In this document: piece by piece, positions 18,613-27,523 of the stretch
Position numbering within the stretch: position 1 is the first letter of the stretch
How the letters are laid out: every line of letters starts with the position of its first letter
IMG/VR virus record: IMGVR_UViG_3300020045_003004
Coordinates: 1-40,084 of that record
Origin: a virus
Lineage: Duplodnaviria > Caudoviricetes
Strand: one strand, 5' to 3'
DNA length: 40,084 nt
Made by a program: the position numbers and the translations under genes
The notes under the pieces: model-generated
Told to the model about the DNA's origin: nothing
What the model saw: only the letters and a program-made list of their open reading frames with translations
Database searches by the model: none

Positions 18613-18621
18613 GTGCCTAAC

Positions 18622-21300
18622 ATGAGACGCCTTTTTTCTCTTTTATTATTCTTTATTCTATTAGTGTCAACACTAGGGTTAGCTGTTGACTTTACACCTT
18701 CGGGTAATATAAATGGTCGAAATATATATACTATTTACAATTTCACAAACGTTACAGGACAATATTTTTTTGGTAACGGTGCAGGTCTTACTAACATTTC
18801 AGCTGCTGTAAATACCTCAGCTCTTAGCGTTAATACTACTCAATTAAGTACAAGCGGTGGAATTTTAAAGATTATCGAAACATATCTTACAGGATTATTC
18901 TACACTAAATCTGAAGTAGATGTTTCTGTTGGTAATTTACAAACTAATATTTCTAATGGTATTAGTGCAGCATCTTATGATAATTCTACTCAAGCAAGTT
19001 TAATATCTACTCTTATAAGCGATAACACTACACAAGCAAGTCTTATTATTCTTAAACTCGATATTACCGACCAGCGTTATAATGATACAGCATTTGTTAT
19101 TAGTACCGGCGGTCTTTTGCAAACAAATATATCAACTGGTATAAGCGGTGCATCTTCTGATAACGCTACTCAAGCTTCTTTAATATCTACTCTTAGAAGC
19201 GATAACACTACACAAGCGACCCTTATAGATTCAAAAGCAAATTCCGCAAGTCCTACATTTACAGGAACAGCAGTTTTCGATAGTGCAAACTTTACAGGAA
19301 TATTATGGATTAACAATGTAAACAGTACTAACACTACAGGGTTTAGTCAAGCAACAGAATTTATTGAAAAAGGGGTATCGTTATTTTCTAAATACAAAAA
19401 TATAACAGCATCCGACCAAGATAATACTACTCAAGCTAATATCATTAATTCTAAAATCGTCTGGACCAATAGAACAGTAGACCCGGCAAAGATTGATGGT
19501 GCAGCTTATGCTTTGATGATGACTAATCCACCTAATCAAGAACTCCCTCATTTCATAATACAAAGCGGCGGTCCTACACAAGCAAGTGTTCTACTTAGAA
19601 GTTTTATGATTCAGAACGAGATTAATAATTTCTCAAACACTACAGCAGTCACTGATTGCGGAAGTTATATGAGTGTTATTGGAGAGACTTTAAAGATTGA
19701 TTGTAATACTACAACAACCGGAGCTGATTTGTTAGTATCTGATGACTTACAAGTAGTTGGGGATATGTGGTTGAAAGACGTTTCTGGAGAATGGCACTAT
19801 ATGACTAGGGAACTAGAAGAGAACGACAATACTTACAAAAATATAGTTTTTGGTAACTTACAAGTTACTGTTAATAACAATATTTTAAGAATAGCAAATC
19901 TCGATAATAAAACAATAATTGTTAATTTGAACGGAACAGTTTATGATTTAGGAAAGACTAACGATTCAATATCTTTAAATATTGGAAATAATACTAATCC
20001 ACAAATCAATTATGTTAGCTATCAAGGAACTCCTCCAGTATTAACAATTGACACATCACATGCTTCAGCGCGCCATGCCGATGTATGGGAAGGATTGGTG
20101 GGTAATGGAACAACTTATATGTATTTAAATCATTTAATTACTAATGACGAGTTTGTCTATAATTCAAACAGTAGATTCGATGATGAGGGTAGTTTATACA
20201 TAGACGGGTTTACTGTTAGTGCAACTGCTTCATCTATCAATTATTCTAGCGGAACTTACTGGGATGCTCTTGAAGAAAAAAGTGTAGCTAACAATCTTAC
20301 ATCATCAAATTTCGTAATTGTATTAAACAATGGCAACTTCATTCAAGCAACCAGTTTTACCAATATTACCCAGTACAACGACGGCGGAGCTATAGGTAGT
20401 AACAAATACTATCAAGCAGTAGTTGGTATTCTTCAATCGAATGATACAACTGCAAAAATGGTTATTGTTCCGAGTACTACCCCAGGTACAGAATATTCTA
20501 CATCCGCGGCTGCCGAACAAGATGCTTTTGGAACCACTACTTTTACTGTCAATAACGCTAACATTAATGGTCATTTCTTACCTTTATCGCAGGTAATTTT
20601 GAAACAAGGATTAAATACTTTGCAGGCTTATAGTAATGGAAGATACTATAAGAATATTATTGGGTTACCTGTTGCTGGTACTGCTGCTAGTGGAACAAAC
20701 GACCACGCTTTATTAACAAATTTAGATTACGCTTCTAGCGGACATACAGGGTTTGCAAGCACTATATACTCATCGTCTGACAACACTACGCAAGCAAGTC
20801 TTATTGACTTAAAGGCTAATCTTGCTAGTCCAACATTTACGGGAACTGTTATTATGCCATTGTTGAATGTTAGCGGAACATTATTTGTTGAGCTAATCAA
20901 TATAACACAGAGAATAACAACTGATAATGCTACACAGGCAAGTCTTATAACAACTCTAAGAGCAGATAATACTACTCAAGGAGTACATATATCAACATTA
21001 CAAGCAGACAACACAACACAAGCAGCATTGATAACAACTCTTAGAAGTGACAATACTACGCAAGCTGCTCTTATAACAAATCTTGGTACTGACAATACTA
21101 CACAAGCAACATTGATTAACAATCGTTTACAACTAGCCGGTGGTTCAATGACTGGCAATATTACATTCGGAGCAGCTTCAACTAATAGATTCGGAGTAGT
21201 TCCATTCTATATTTGGTATGTTAATGCTACTTGGTTTGATTGTGTGAACGCTTCAGGAACTTTATACAATAGGGGTAATGCTTCGTGGGTGTGTCAATAA
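18622..21300 (+). CDS. Signal-peptide-bearing fibre-like glycoprotein
   Basis: MRRLFSLLLFFILLVSTLGLA-V signal; KANLASPTFTGT-type motif twice, DHALLTNLDYASSGHTGF and LQLAGGSMTGNIT fibre motifs; about 42 N-x-S/T sequons counted by hand. Confidence 0.7.
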   Translation: MRRLFSLLLFFILLVSTLGLAVDFTPSGNINGRNIYTIYNFTNVTGQYFFGNGAGLTNISAAVNTSALSVNTTQLSTSGGILKIIETYLTGLFYTKSEVDVSVGNLQTNISNGISAASYDNSTQASLISTLISDNTTQASLIILKLDITDQRYNDTAFVISTGGLLQTNISTGISGASSDNATQASLISTLRSDNTTQATLIDSKANSASPTFTGTAVFDSANFTGILWINNVNSTNTTGFSQATEFIEKGVSLFSKYKNITASDQDNTTQANIINSKIVWTNRTVDPAKIDGAAYALMMTNPPNQELPHFIIQSGGPTQASVLLRSFMIQNEINNFSNTTAVTDCGSYMSVIGETLKIDCNTTTTGADLLVSDDLQVVGDMWLKDVSGEWHYMTRELEENDNTYKNIVFGNLQVTVNNNILRIANLDNKTIIVNLNGTVYDLGKTNDSISLNIGNNTNPQINYVSYQGTPPVLTIDTSHASARHADVWEGLVGNGTTYMYLNHLITNDEFVYNSNSRFDDEGSLYIDGFTVSATASSINYSSGTYWDALEEKSVANNLTSSNFVIVLNNGNFIQATSFTNITQYNDGGAIGSNKYYQAVVGILQSNDTTAKMVIVPSTTPGTEYSTSAAAEQDAFGTTTFTVNNANINGHFLPLSQVILKQGLNTLQAYSNGRYYKNIIGLPVAGTAASGTNDHALLTNLDYASSGHTGFASTIYSSSDNTTQASLIDLKANLASPTFTGTVIMPLLNVSGTLFVELINITQRITTDNATQASLITTLRADNTTQGVHISTLQADNTTQAALITTLRSDNTTQAALITNLGTDNTTQATLINNRLQLAGGSMTGNITFGAASTNRFGVVPFYIWYVNATWFDCVNASGTLYNRGNASWVCQ
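20923..21117 (+). repeat. Five tandem 42-nt (14-aa) coding repeats DNxTQAxLIxxLxx
   Basis: Units start at 20923, 20965, 21007, 21049 and 21091; further copies occur earlier in the same gene. Confidence 0.85.
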
Positions 21301-21302
21301 AA

Positions 21303-22424
21303 ATGAAGAAACGAGTTTTAGATTTGAATAACGAGGTTAATAAGAACAACTATTTTGTAATAACGGGATTCTTGTTTATACTACTTTTAAGTTTAAATGT
21401 CTTAGCAGTTGGTCAGTTAGGAAATAGCCCAACTCAGATTAGAAATGATAGTCTTAAGATATGGGGAGAATTTAATTCAACAACAGCTCCTTTAGTAACA
21501 GCTAATGGAACTCTAGTTGGAACTCAAAAACCAAACGTTAACGCTTATAAGATGGCTCGTCAAGATGTAGGATATAACACAACAAATATTGCTTCTTTAT
21601 TCGGTAACAACTACACTATCTTTTTTAGAATAAACGTTACTGCAGCTGGTGGTATTGAAGGAATGGATATATTCAGTCAAACAGACCACAGTAAAGACCA
21701 TAGTCTTATTTATCGTAATCCTTGGAAAACAAGAATACAAACAACAAGCAATCAATACGACGATAGTATAGGAGTGAACTTTACTGCCGGTCAAGAATAT
21801 GATTTTGCTATGAAGTGGGAAAACGGTAATATAACAGCTTTTGTTAATGGAACAAGAACAGCAAGCAACGCACATCCAGGAACTCTTAGTTTGGGAGTTA
21901 ATGGGTTTAGTCTTAACGGAGGAGCTAAGGCTTGTGATAATACTTGCTTTGCTCACACAATTAGAGACTTTGCTGTGTGGAACCAGATACTAACAGATGC
22001 CGAAATTTATAATCTTAGCTATTTTAATTCATCAGCTATAGTTATTTCTAACTCCATAAGTTTAGCATCGGTTAGTCCGTCTAACTTCACATATACTTCA
22101 TCAGCAACTCCAACGTTTAGTTTTAACATAACTGCAATAACAGGAACTTGGAATACTAGTCTTATAATCAATGGAACAAGTTATGGTTCTAATAATAGTT
22201 TAACAACAACAGGAATCAAGAGTATTACAAGTACAGCTTTAGTAGCAGGGAATGAATACCTTTGGTGGATTAACGCAACAGACACAACAAATGCAGGTAA
22301 CACACAAATAACAGAAAAAAGATTATTATACATTACAGGAGCTTCTGTTGTTAGTAACTCAACATCTTGCGTTCAGAATCTTGGACTAGCTTACTTCAGA
22401 CCAAACAATTGTCAAGGGAATTAA
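21303..22424 (+). CDS. Signal/TM-bearing LamG (ConA-like) glycoprotein
   Basis: FVITGFLFILLLSLNVLA; TAFVNG...IRDFAVWNQILTDAEIYNL LamG signature; Ig-like C-terminal part; about 18 sequons. Confidence 0.7.
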   Translation: MKKRVLDLNNEVNKNNYFVITGFLFILLLSLNVLAVGQLGNSPTQIRNDSLKIWGEFNSTTAPLVTANGTLVGTQKPNVNAYKMARQDVGYNTTNIASLFGNNYTIFFRINVTAAGGIEGMDIFSQTDHSKDHSLIYRNPWKTRIQTTSNQYDDSIGVNFTAGQEYDFAMKWENGNITAFVNGTRTASNAHPGTLSLGVNGFSLNGGAKACDNTCFAHTIRDFAVWNQILTDAEIYNLSYFNSSAIVISNSISLASVSPSNFTYTSSATPTFSFNITAITGTWNTSLIINGTSYGSNNSLTTTGIKSITSTALVAGNEYLWWINATDTTNAGNTQITEKRLLYITGASVVSNSTSCVQNLGLAYFRPNNCQGN

Positions 22425-22427
22425 AAA

Positions 22428-22898
22428 ATGGCAACAGCAACAAAAATAACAACCGGAATAATAGGCATCTTACTGCTAGCAGGTAGCGGACTATACTTCT
22501 TAACACCGGAACAACTAGACGCAGCAAGCACTTGCACAACTAATAATGTAACGGGAATATTCTCGCGATTCAGCAGCACAAATACAACAGCTTATTGGAC
22601 AGTTAATGGTACAGAAAAGAGTAGCGTATGCACTAAAGGTAAGTGGATACCAACACGACAATGGTTAACAAATAATAATCTTAAAGAATCGGATGTTACA
22701 ATAACACCAAATATTCAAGAGGCGACCATTACAGAGACAGGCGTGGATATTATTAAAATCGGAGACGTAATAGTCGTTGATAAAGCAAAACAAATAAGCA
22801 TTGCAGGAACTGTTTACAACGTCAGTTACACACCAACTATAATCACTAAATGCATCTGTGACAGACCAACATGCGACCCAAGAGAGTGTTTACAATGA
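22428..22898 (+). CDS. Membrane-anchored Cys-containing protein
   Basis: IIGILLLAGSGLYFL N-terminal TM; 6 Cys; 4 sequons. Confidence 0.65.
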   Translation: MATATKITTGIIGILLLAGSGLYFLTPEQLDAASTCTTNNVTGIFSRFSSTNTTAYWTVNGTEKSSVCTKGKWIPTRQWLTNNNLKESDVTITPNIQEATITETGVDIIKIGDVIVVDKAKQISIAGTVYNVSYTPTIITKCICDRPTCDPRECLQ

Positions 22899-23098
22899 CA
22901 GAAAAAGAGTTCATGAAGATAACAAATAAAGACATCTACGACATGATTAAAAAACACCACGAAGAACAAATGGATATTAATAAAGGAATAATGTCGCGAT
23001 TAGACGTTACAAACGGCAAGGTTAAACTTAATAGATGGGTTGCAACCACAGCATTAAGTATTGCTATAATACTCGTTGGTTTCATGTTGAGAAAATGA
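22895..23098 (+). CDS. Coiled-coil plus C-terminal TM protein (XhlA/holin-like)
   Basis: RLDVTNGKV then WVATTALSIAIILVGFML; ATGA overlap at 22895. Confidence 0.55.
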   Translation: MTEKEFMKITNKDIYDMIKKHHEEQMDINKGIMSRLDVTNGKVKLNRWVATTALSIAIILVGFMLRK

Positions 23099-23111
23099 TA
23101 TTTAAATACTT
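23095..23111 (+). promoter_or_regulatory. Late promoter motif, copy 3
   Basis: ATGATATTTAAATACTT upstream of the neck/tail operon. Confidence 0.75.
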
Positions 23112-23133
23112 TAAAATATGAGGATAAGCTAAG

Positions 23134-24246
23134 ATGACAGAATTAACCCCTAGATATGAGTCATTAACAGGAGCAGATTTCAGCGGCTCTGATGGAGCAG
23201 CTAGTAGAACATACACTCTTGCAAACGCTAATTATTATTCGGTCATAGAATTCTTAAGACAAGGAGCACCACTCCACGAAGGAGATGACTTCACAATATC
23301 AGGCGGTATAGTCACGTTCTCAGTTAACTTGTTTGATTCAGAAGTTGTTAGCTTACGTTATTTCACAAGCGATGCAATCGCTATAGTCACAGCAGGAAAC
23401 GCTTATTGTACAACTACAGAGGTTTATAGAACTTCAGGAATATCAAGCAGCGTTGTTTCCACCACGGATGTTTCTAATCAGATTGCCGAGGCAGAAACCG
23501 TTATTTGCAGGATGACAAAAAATATTTATTGGAGAAGAGTACTCGAAGCACAAACTGCATCAAGTGGTGGGGCAGCAACAATAACTGTCTCTGGAGCTGG
23601 TTGGGTTGTTAACAATTATGTCGGTCTTTATGTTTGGGTTTATTCAGGAACTGGAAGCGTTCAATTAAGAGAGATACTTTCAAACACATCAGATACATTA
23701 ACAGTTGATAGAGATTGGACAACAACAAATCCAGCAAGCGGTTCAAAATTCCACGTTTTCTACGTACCAGCAGACTTCAACCCTTACGTCTCGGAAGTAT
23801 ACGATGGTAGCGGTTATTCTTACCAATTCATGCCTTATTACCCAGTTAAAAAGCTCGAGACACTAACAATCGGAGCAACTCCAGTAACAGTAACTCCTAG
23901 TAATGTTTATGTTTATGAGAAGACTGGTAAATTACAATTTAAAAGCACTGCAGAAGCAAGTATATTCAGCAGAACCTACCCTCAAGAAGTAACTGCTTCT
24001 TATTGGTACGGAGTTGATAACTTGTCTTATGATATTAAGAGACTTGTTGAAATACATGCTGCTATGCAGATTATGGCTCAACAAATGGGTGGAACATACG
24101 ATGACCCAGGAAGTGTCAATCTACCAGAACTAAGCGTATCGGTAGGACAGGCTTATATTAACATTAGAAGCAGTTTAGAGACGCTTAAAGAAGAGTATAC
24201 AGAACTGTTGAAACAAGTCAAGATATGGCCTGTTTTCAGCTTTTAA
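23134..24246 (+). CDS. Head-tail adaptor (gp6/gp15-like) with inserted beta domains
   Basis: YCTTTEV...IAEAETVICRMT and WYG...DIKRLVEIHAA helices flanking beta-rich inserts. Confidence 0.65.
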   Translation: MTELTPRYESLTGADFSGSDGAASRTYTLANANYYSVIEFLRQGAPLHEGDDFTISGGIVTFSVNLFDSEVVSLRYFTSDAIAIVTAGNAYCTTTEVYRTSGISSSVVSTTDVSNQIAEAETVICRMTKNIYWRRVLEAQTASSGGAATITVSGAGWVVNNYVGLYVWVYSGTGSVQLREILSNTSDTLTVDRDWTTTNPASGSKFHVFYVPADFNPYVSEVYDGSGYSYQFMPYYPVKKLETLTIGATPVTVTPSNVYVYEKTGKLQFKSTAEASIFSRTYPQEVTASYWYGVDNLSYDIKRLVEIHAAMQIMAQQMGGTYDDPGSVNLPELSVSVGQAYINIRSSLETLKEEYTELLKQVKIWPVFSF

Positions 24247-24287
24247 ATCCGGTTAAACAAACGTTATAACCCGGAGAGGAGAATCAA

Positions 24288-24656
24288 ATGACAAATACAA
24301 GCACTGGAGTAGAATTCACAGTTTACAGTAATGTAATCACACAATACGGTGACGACGTTGTAAGATACCCAGCAACATTTACTTATTCTAACATCGAAGG
24401 AGATGAGACAGTTACTTACGGAGCAACAGCATCTCTTAGAGCTTACATCGTTCGAAAGGCTAGACCTTGGACTTTTGACAAAGCAGGAATGATTGAAGGC
24501 GGCGATGGTTTAATGCTTGTAAAAGCAGCAGATACAATAACACGACTCGATAAGGTTACTTGGAATGGTAACAGCTACAGAGTACAAACAGTTCTTAACC
24601 GGGATAATATCGGAGGCACAGTTGCTTACAAGGTTTGCAATCTTTTCCTAATATGA
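24288..24656 (+). CDS. Head closure/stopper protein
   Basis: 122 aa, DKVTWNGNSYRV; synteny. Confidence 0.6.
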   Translation: MTNTSTGVEFTVYSNVITQYGDDVVRYPATFTYSNIEGDETVTYGATASLRAYIVRKARPWTFDKAGMIEGGDGLMLVKAADTITRLDKVTWNGNSYRVQTVLNRDNIGGTVAYKVCNLFLI

Positions 24657-25033
24657 AAAAAATGACTAAAGCTCAATTCAAGAAAGCCTTTAACATGGCA
24701 CTCGATGGTATAGGTAACGACTTAATAAACGAGTTGGTACGCGTCGCTCCAGTAGATACCGGCTTCTTGAGAGAATCAATGCGTCATGAAGTAGTCGATG
24801 GTAAACTTAATATTCACATGCCAGAATACGCTTTCTTTGTAGAATTCGGTACGGCACCTCACATCATTAAACCTGTTAATGCTAAAAGTCTTCATTGGAA
24901 GAATGGCGGTAAAGACGTCTTTGCAAAAGTAGTCCATCATCCAGGAACAGACCCTAATCCTTTCATCCGCTCAACAATTAATGCTCATTTAAGAGATATA
25001 ATATATGTTAATTTACAGAGGCAACTAGCATAA
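24653..25033 (+). CDS. HK97 gp10-like tail completion protein
   Basis: APVDTGFLRES, YAFFVEFGT, HPGTDPNPF. Confidence 0.85.
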   Translation: MKKMTKAQFKKAFNMALDGIGNDLINELVRVAPVDTGFLRESMRHEVVDGKLNIHMPEYAFFVEFGTAPHIIKPVNAKSLHWKNGGKDVFAKVVHHPGTDPNPFIRSTINAHLRDIIYVNLQRQLA

Positions 25034-25686
25034 TGGCAACACTCGACCAATTCGAAATACTTGAAGAAGTAGCTGTTAAGCTACGAAACGCTGATGTATT
25101 AACAACAACTCAGAGAGGAGTAACAACAACAACAGTTACTGGAACACTTGCAGGAAGCACTACATTTACAGTCGCGGTTCCTAATGTTAAGAATATTAGA
25201 AGCTTCCTTGTAGATGCAACAACACTCACTCTTGGTACTGATTACGAAACTAATTATAATAGCGGAAGCAATTGTGTGGTTACATTCACGACAGCACAAA
25301 CGGGAACAGCAAGTGTTAATTACGATTATGGTGGCGACCATATCTGGCCTGGTTACCCAAGACAAGATATCAACATTAGTGCAATCCCACAGATTGCAGT
25401 GGAGTTTATCGATGTAACAAGTGAGAATGGTGGCTTTGGTAATGTTAACAGAAACAGTTATGATTTAAGCATCGTCGTTTATGACTTCAAGAAAGAAGAC
25501 GTACGTAACTATGTCAAAGCAATACGCTCATTTTTATTAAGCAACATGAATGGATTTAACAAGTTAAGAGTTGTTAAGCCTCGAATGATTGGACCAATCG
25601 TACCAGCAGAGTTTGAGAAGTTTAAAGACAGAGTATTCAAACAAAACATCGATTTCAACAGCGATTTCAATTTGGAGATAAACTAA
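25033..25686 (+). CDS. Tail terminator-like protein with inserted domain
   Basis: Synteny; HIWPGYP...PQIAV core after a Thr-rich LTLGTDY insert. Confidence 0.55.
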   Translation: MATLDQFEILEEVAVKLRNADVLTTTQRGVTTTTVTGTLAGSTTFTVAVPNVKNIRSFLVDATTLTLGTDYETNYNSGSNCVVTFTTAQTGTASVNYDYGGDHIWPGYPRQDINISAIPQIAVEFIDVTSENGGFGNVNRNSYDLSIVVYDFKKEDVRNYVKAIRSFLLSNMNGFNKLRVVKPRMIGPIVPAEFEKFKDRVFKQNIDFNSDFNLEIN

Positions 25687-25687
25687 A

Positions 25688-25888
25688 ATGAAAGCAGAGA
25701 TGAGAGTTGTAAAAGCAAGCCTTTGGACGGGAATCACAGACTTATTATTCGGAGTATTAATGTTTATGACTGGTTGGGGCGATTGGTATTATACAAGATT
25801 CCACTTTTTTGGAATCATAGGGTTCAGCCTAATAATTTATGCTTATTGGACACTATTCTTTATGAGAAGGGATGGTGTTTTGAAATGA
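25688..25888 (+). CDS. Small two-TM membrane protein
   Basis: Two hydrophobic helices. Confidence 0.55.
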   Translation: MKAEMRVVKASLWTGITDLLFGVLMFMTGWGDWYYTRFHFFGIIGFSLIIYAYWTLFFMRRDGVLK

Positions 25889-25998
25889 GTCACGAAGAAG
25901 AAATGATTAATGTATTAAAAGAGATTTCATCAAAGATGGATGATTTAAATCGTGAAATGAGAGAAGTAAAAGTCCGTATCAACGATATGGCAAAATAG
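25885..25998 (+). CDS. Small coiled-coil peptide, 37 aa
   Basis: MSHEEEMINVLKEISSKMDDL...; ATGA overlap. Confidence 0.5.
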   Translation: MSHEEEMINVLKEISSKMDDLNREMREVKVRINDMAK

Positions 25999-26010
25999 GA
26001 GGAAACAATA

Positions 26011-26958
26011 ATGGCAAATTCAGAAAGAGTAGCAGGAGTTAACACTTACATATTATATGGAGCAGAAAGCACGTTTGGAACAGCAGTAACAGCAAACTTG
26101 GTATTTGGCGGATTAATACAATCAAGCAGCTTTGATGTAGATAGACAAATCCAAACACATAGAGGATTCGCTGGTACAACACTTGGCGATGGTAGAGTCG
26201 TTAAAAAGTTTACTACGGGAACAGTCATGGCAAGGTCTAGTGTTGAGTTTAAAGCACAAAGATTCGATTGGTTAGAATATGTTTTAATGGGTACAAAAAC
26301 AGGTAGTGGAACAACAGGAGCACCTTATGTTTATTCAATAGGAGTAACTCCAAAGAGCATCACAGTAACCGAAGAAATCGATAACGTAACAACAGACAGT
26401 CAAAGAACCTACGCTGGTATGTTAATCAATTCAGCAACTATAAGATGCGCAGTTGGAGAGGCGGTTAATGTCAGTCTTGATATGTTAGGCGGTAAGATTG
26501 CAAAAGATACTAGCGTGACAGGAGCAATAGCAAACTCTACAGACGAGCTTTACAACTTTAGCGGCGGTTCAATAGAGATGCCAGACGCAACAGTTATAGG
26601 GAACATAATCGACAGCGTAGATATAACAATTACAAACAATGCAGAAATGCTTTACGGATTTAATTCGGAAGCACAAGCTGGTATAATTAAAGGTTTAGAC
26701 TTAAATATTAGATTCACTTTAAAATATCTTGACGATGACCAAATGGATAGATTGATGGGTAGTTCAACAGCAATTGCAAGTCAAACCCCTGTAACGTTAG
26801 CATTAAAGTTCACGAGAGCAGGAAGTCAATACGTGGATTTCGTATTTACAAATGTCGTAATAAGTAAGATTGCAGATAGTCATCAACTAAATGAGTTTAT
26901 GGTTGAAGACGTTGAAAATATTGGTCAAACATTAGTTGTAACGGAGGCGCAAAGTTGA
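26011..26958 (+). CDS. Major tail tube protein
   Basis: YGAESTFGT, YAGMLINSATI, IDSVDITITNN; strong SD; no sheath gene nearby. Confidence 0.8.
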   Translation: MANSERVAGVNTYILYGAESTFGTAVTANLVFGGLIQSSSFDVDRQIQTHRGFAGTTLGDGRVVKKFTTGTVMARSSVEFKAQRFDWLEYVLMGTKTGSGTTGAPYVYSIGVTPKSITVTEEIDNVTTDSQRTYAGMLINSATIRCAVGEAVNVSLDMLGGKIAKDTSVTGAIANSTDELYNFSGGSIEMPDATVIGNIIDSVDITITNNAEMLYGFNSEAQAGIIKGLDLNIRFTLKYLDDDQMDRLMGSSTAIASQTPVTLALKFTRAGSQYVDFVFTNVVISKIADSHQLNEFMVEDVENIGQTLVVTEAQS

Positions 26959-27335
26959 TTAAAGAAATAAAGAAAGGCGACATACCAGAATGGAACTTCG
27001 GAGATATTGCTATAAAGACATATAGCTTCGGAGAACAGATGAGGATAGCAAGCACTGTTAGCAAATTTAAAGAAACAATAGTTAACGGCAAGAAGAGCAT
27101 GGAACCAGAATTTAGAGAGGAACTAAATGTTGGAGAACTTGGAGTTTATATGTTAGCAGCCGGAATACATTTTGTAAGAAATATCGACGGGACTGAGTTC
27201 GTTGTGAAACCCAATATGGTAGCAGACGATAAGATAAAGGTTGTTTTCAATTTTAGTAAAGAGAGCGGTAATTTCCTACTCAATGAAATAAGAGATTTAA
27301 ATAAACCAATGAGCGATGAAGAAAAAAAAGATTAA
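26955..27335 (+). CDS. Tail assembly chaperone (gpG-like)
   Basis: Between tube and tape measure; ends GAA AAA AAA GAT TAA. Confidence 0.75.
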   Translation: MIKEIKKGDIPEWNFGDIAIKTYSFGEQMRIASTVSKFKETIVNGKKSMEPEFREELNVGELGVYMLAAGIHFVRNIDGTEFVVKPNMVADDKIKVVFNFSKESGNFLLNEIRDLNKPMSDEEKKD

Positions 27336-27517
27336 TCTTTGCACTAAGAAAACAAGCCGACAGCCCAGAGGCAAAGATGAAAATCAACAGGGCTACTTTA
27401 TGTAAATTATTAAGAAAGACGCCTTCCGAGATTGATTCAATTGATTACCGGGATGTCGAAGAGTTGATATTAATATTTGATGAATTGGGCGAGAAGAACC
27501 CATTGATGATGTTGTGA
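27329..27517 (+). CDS. -1 frameshift extension (gpGT-like)
   Basis: Slippery A AAA AAA at 27323-27329; -1 frame open for 62 codons (RLIFALRK...LCKLLRKTPSEIDSIDYRDVEEL...ML*). Confidence 0.75.
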   Translation, partial: RLIFALRKQADSPEAKMKINRATLCKLLRKTPSEIDSIDYRDVEELILIFDELGEKNPLMML

Positions 27518-27523
27518 TGAATT

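Noticed and set aside
20923-21117. 42-nt periodic repeats as a CRISPR mini-array
   Set aside because: In-frame coding repeats that vary at synonymous positions, with no constant repeat/unique spacer structure and no cas genes.
24248-24275. Small hairpin (tccggtta...taacccgga) next to the head-closure SD
   Set aside because: Short bulged stem that could be chance; not enough support for a regulatory call.
9625-25417. Alternative-frame + strand ORFs 9625-9819 and 25214-25417
   Set aside because: Fully nested out of frame in longer, better-supported genes.
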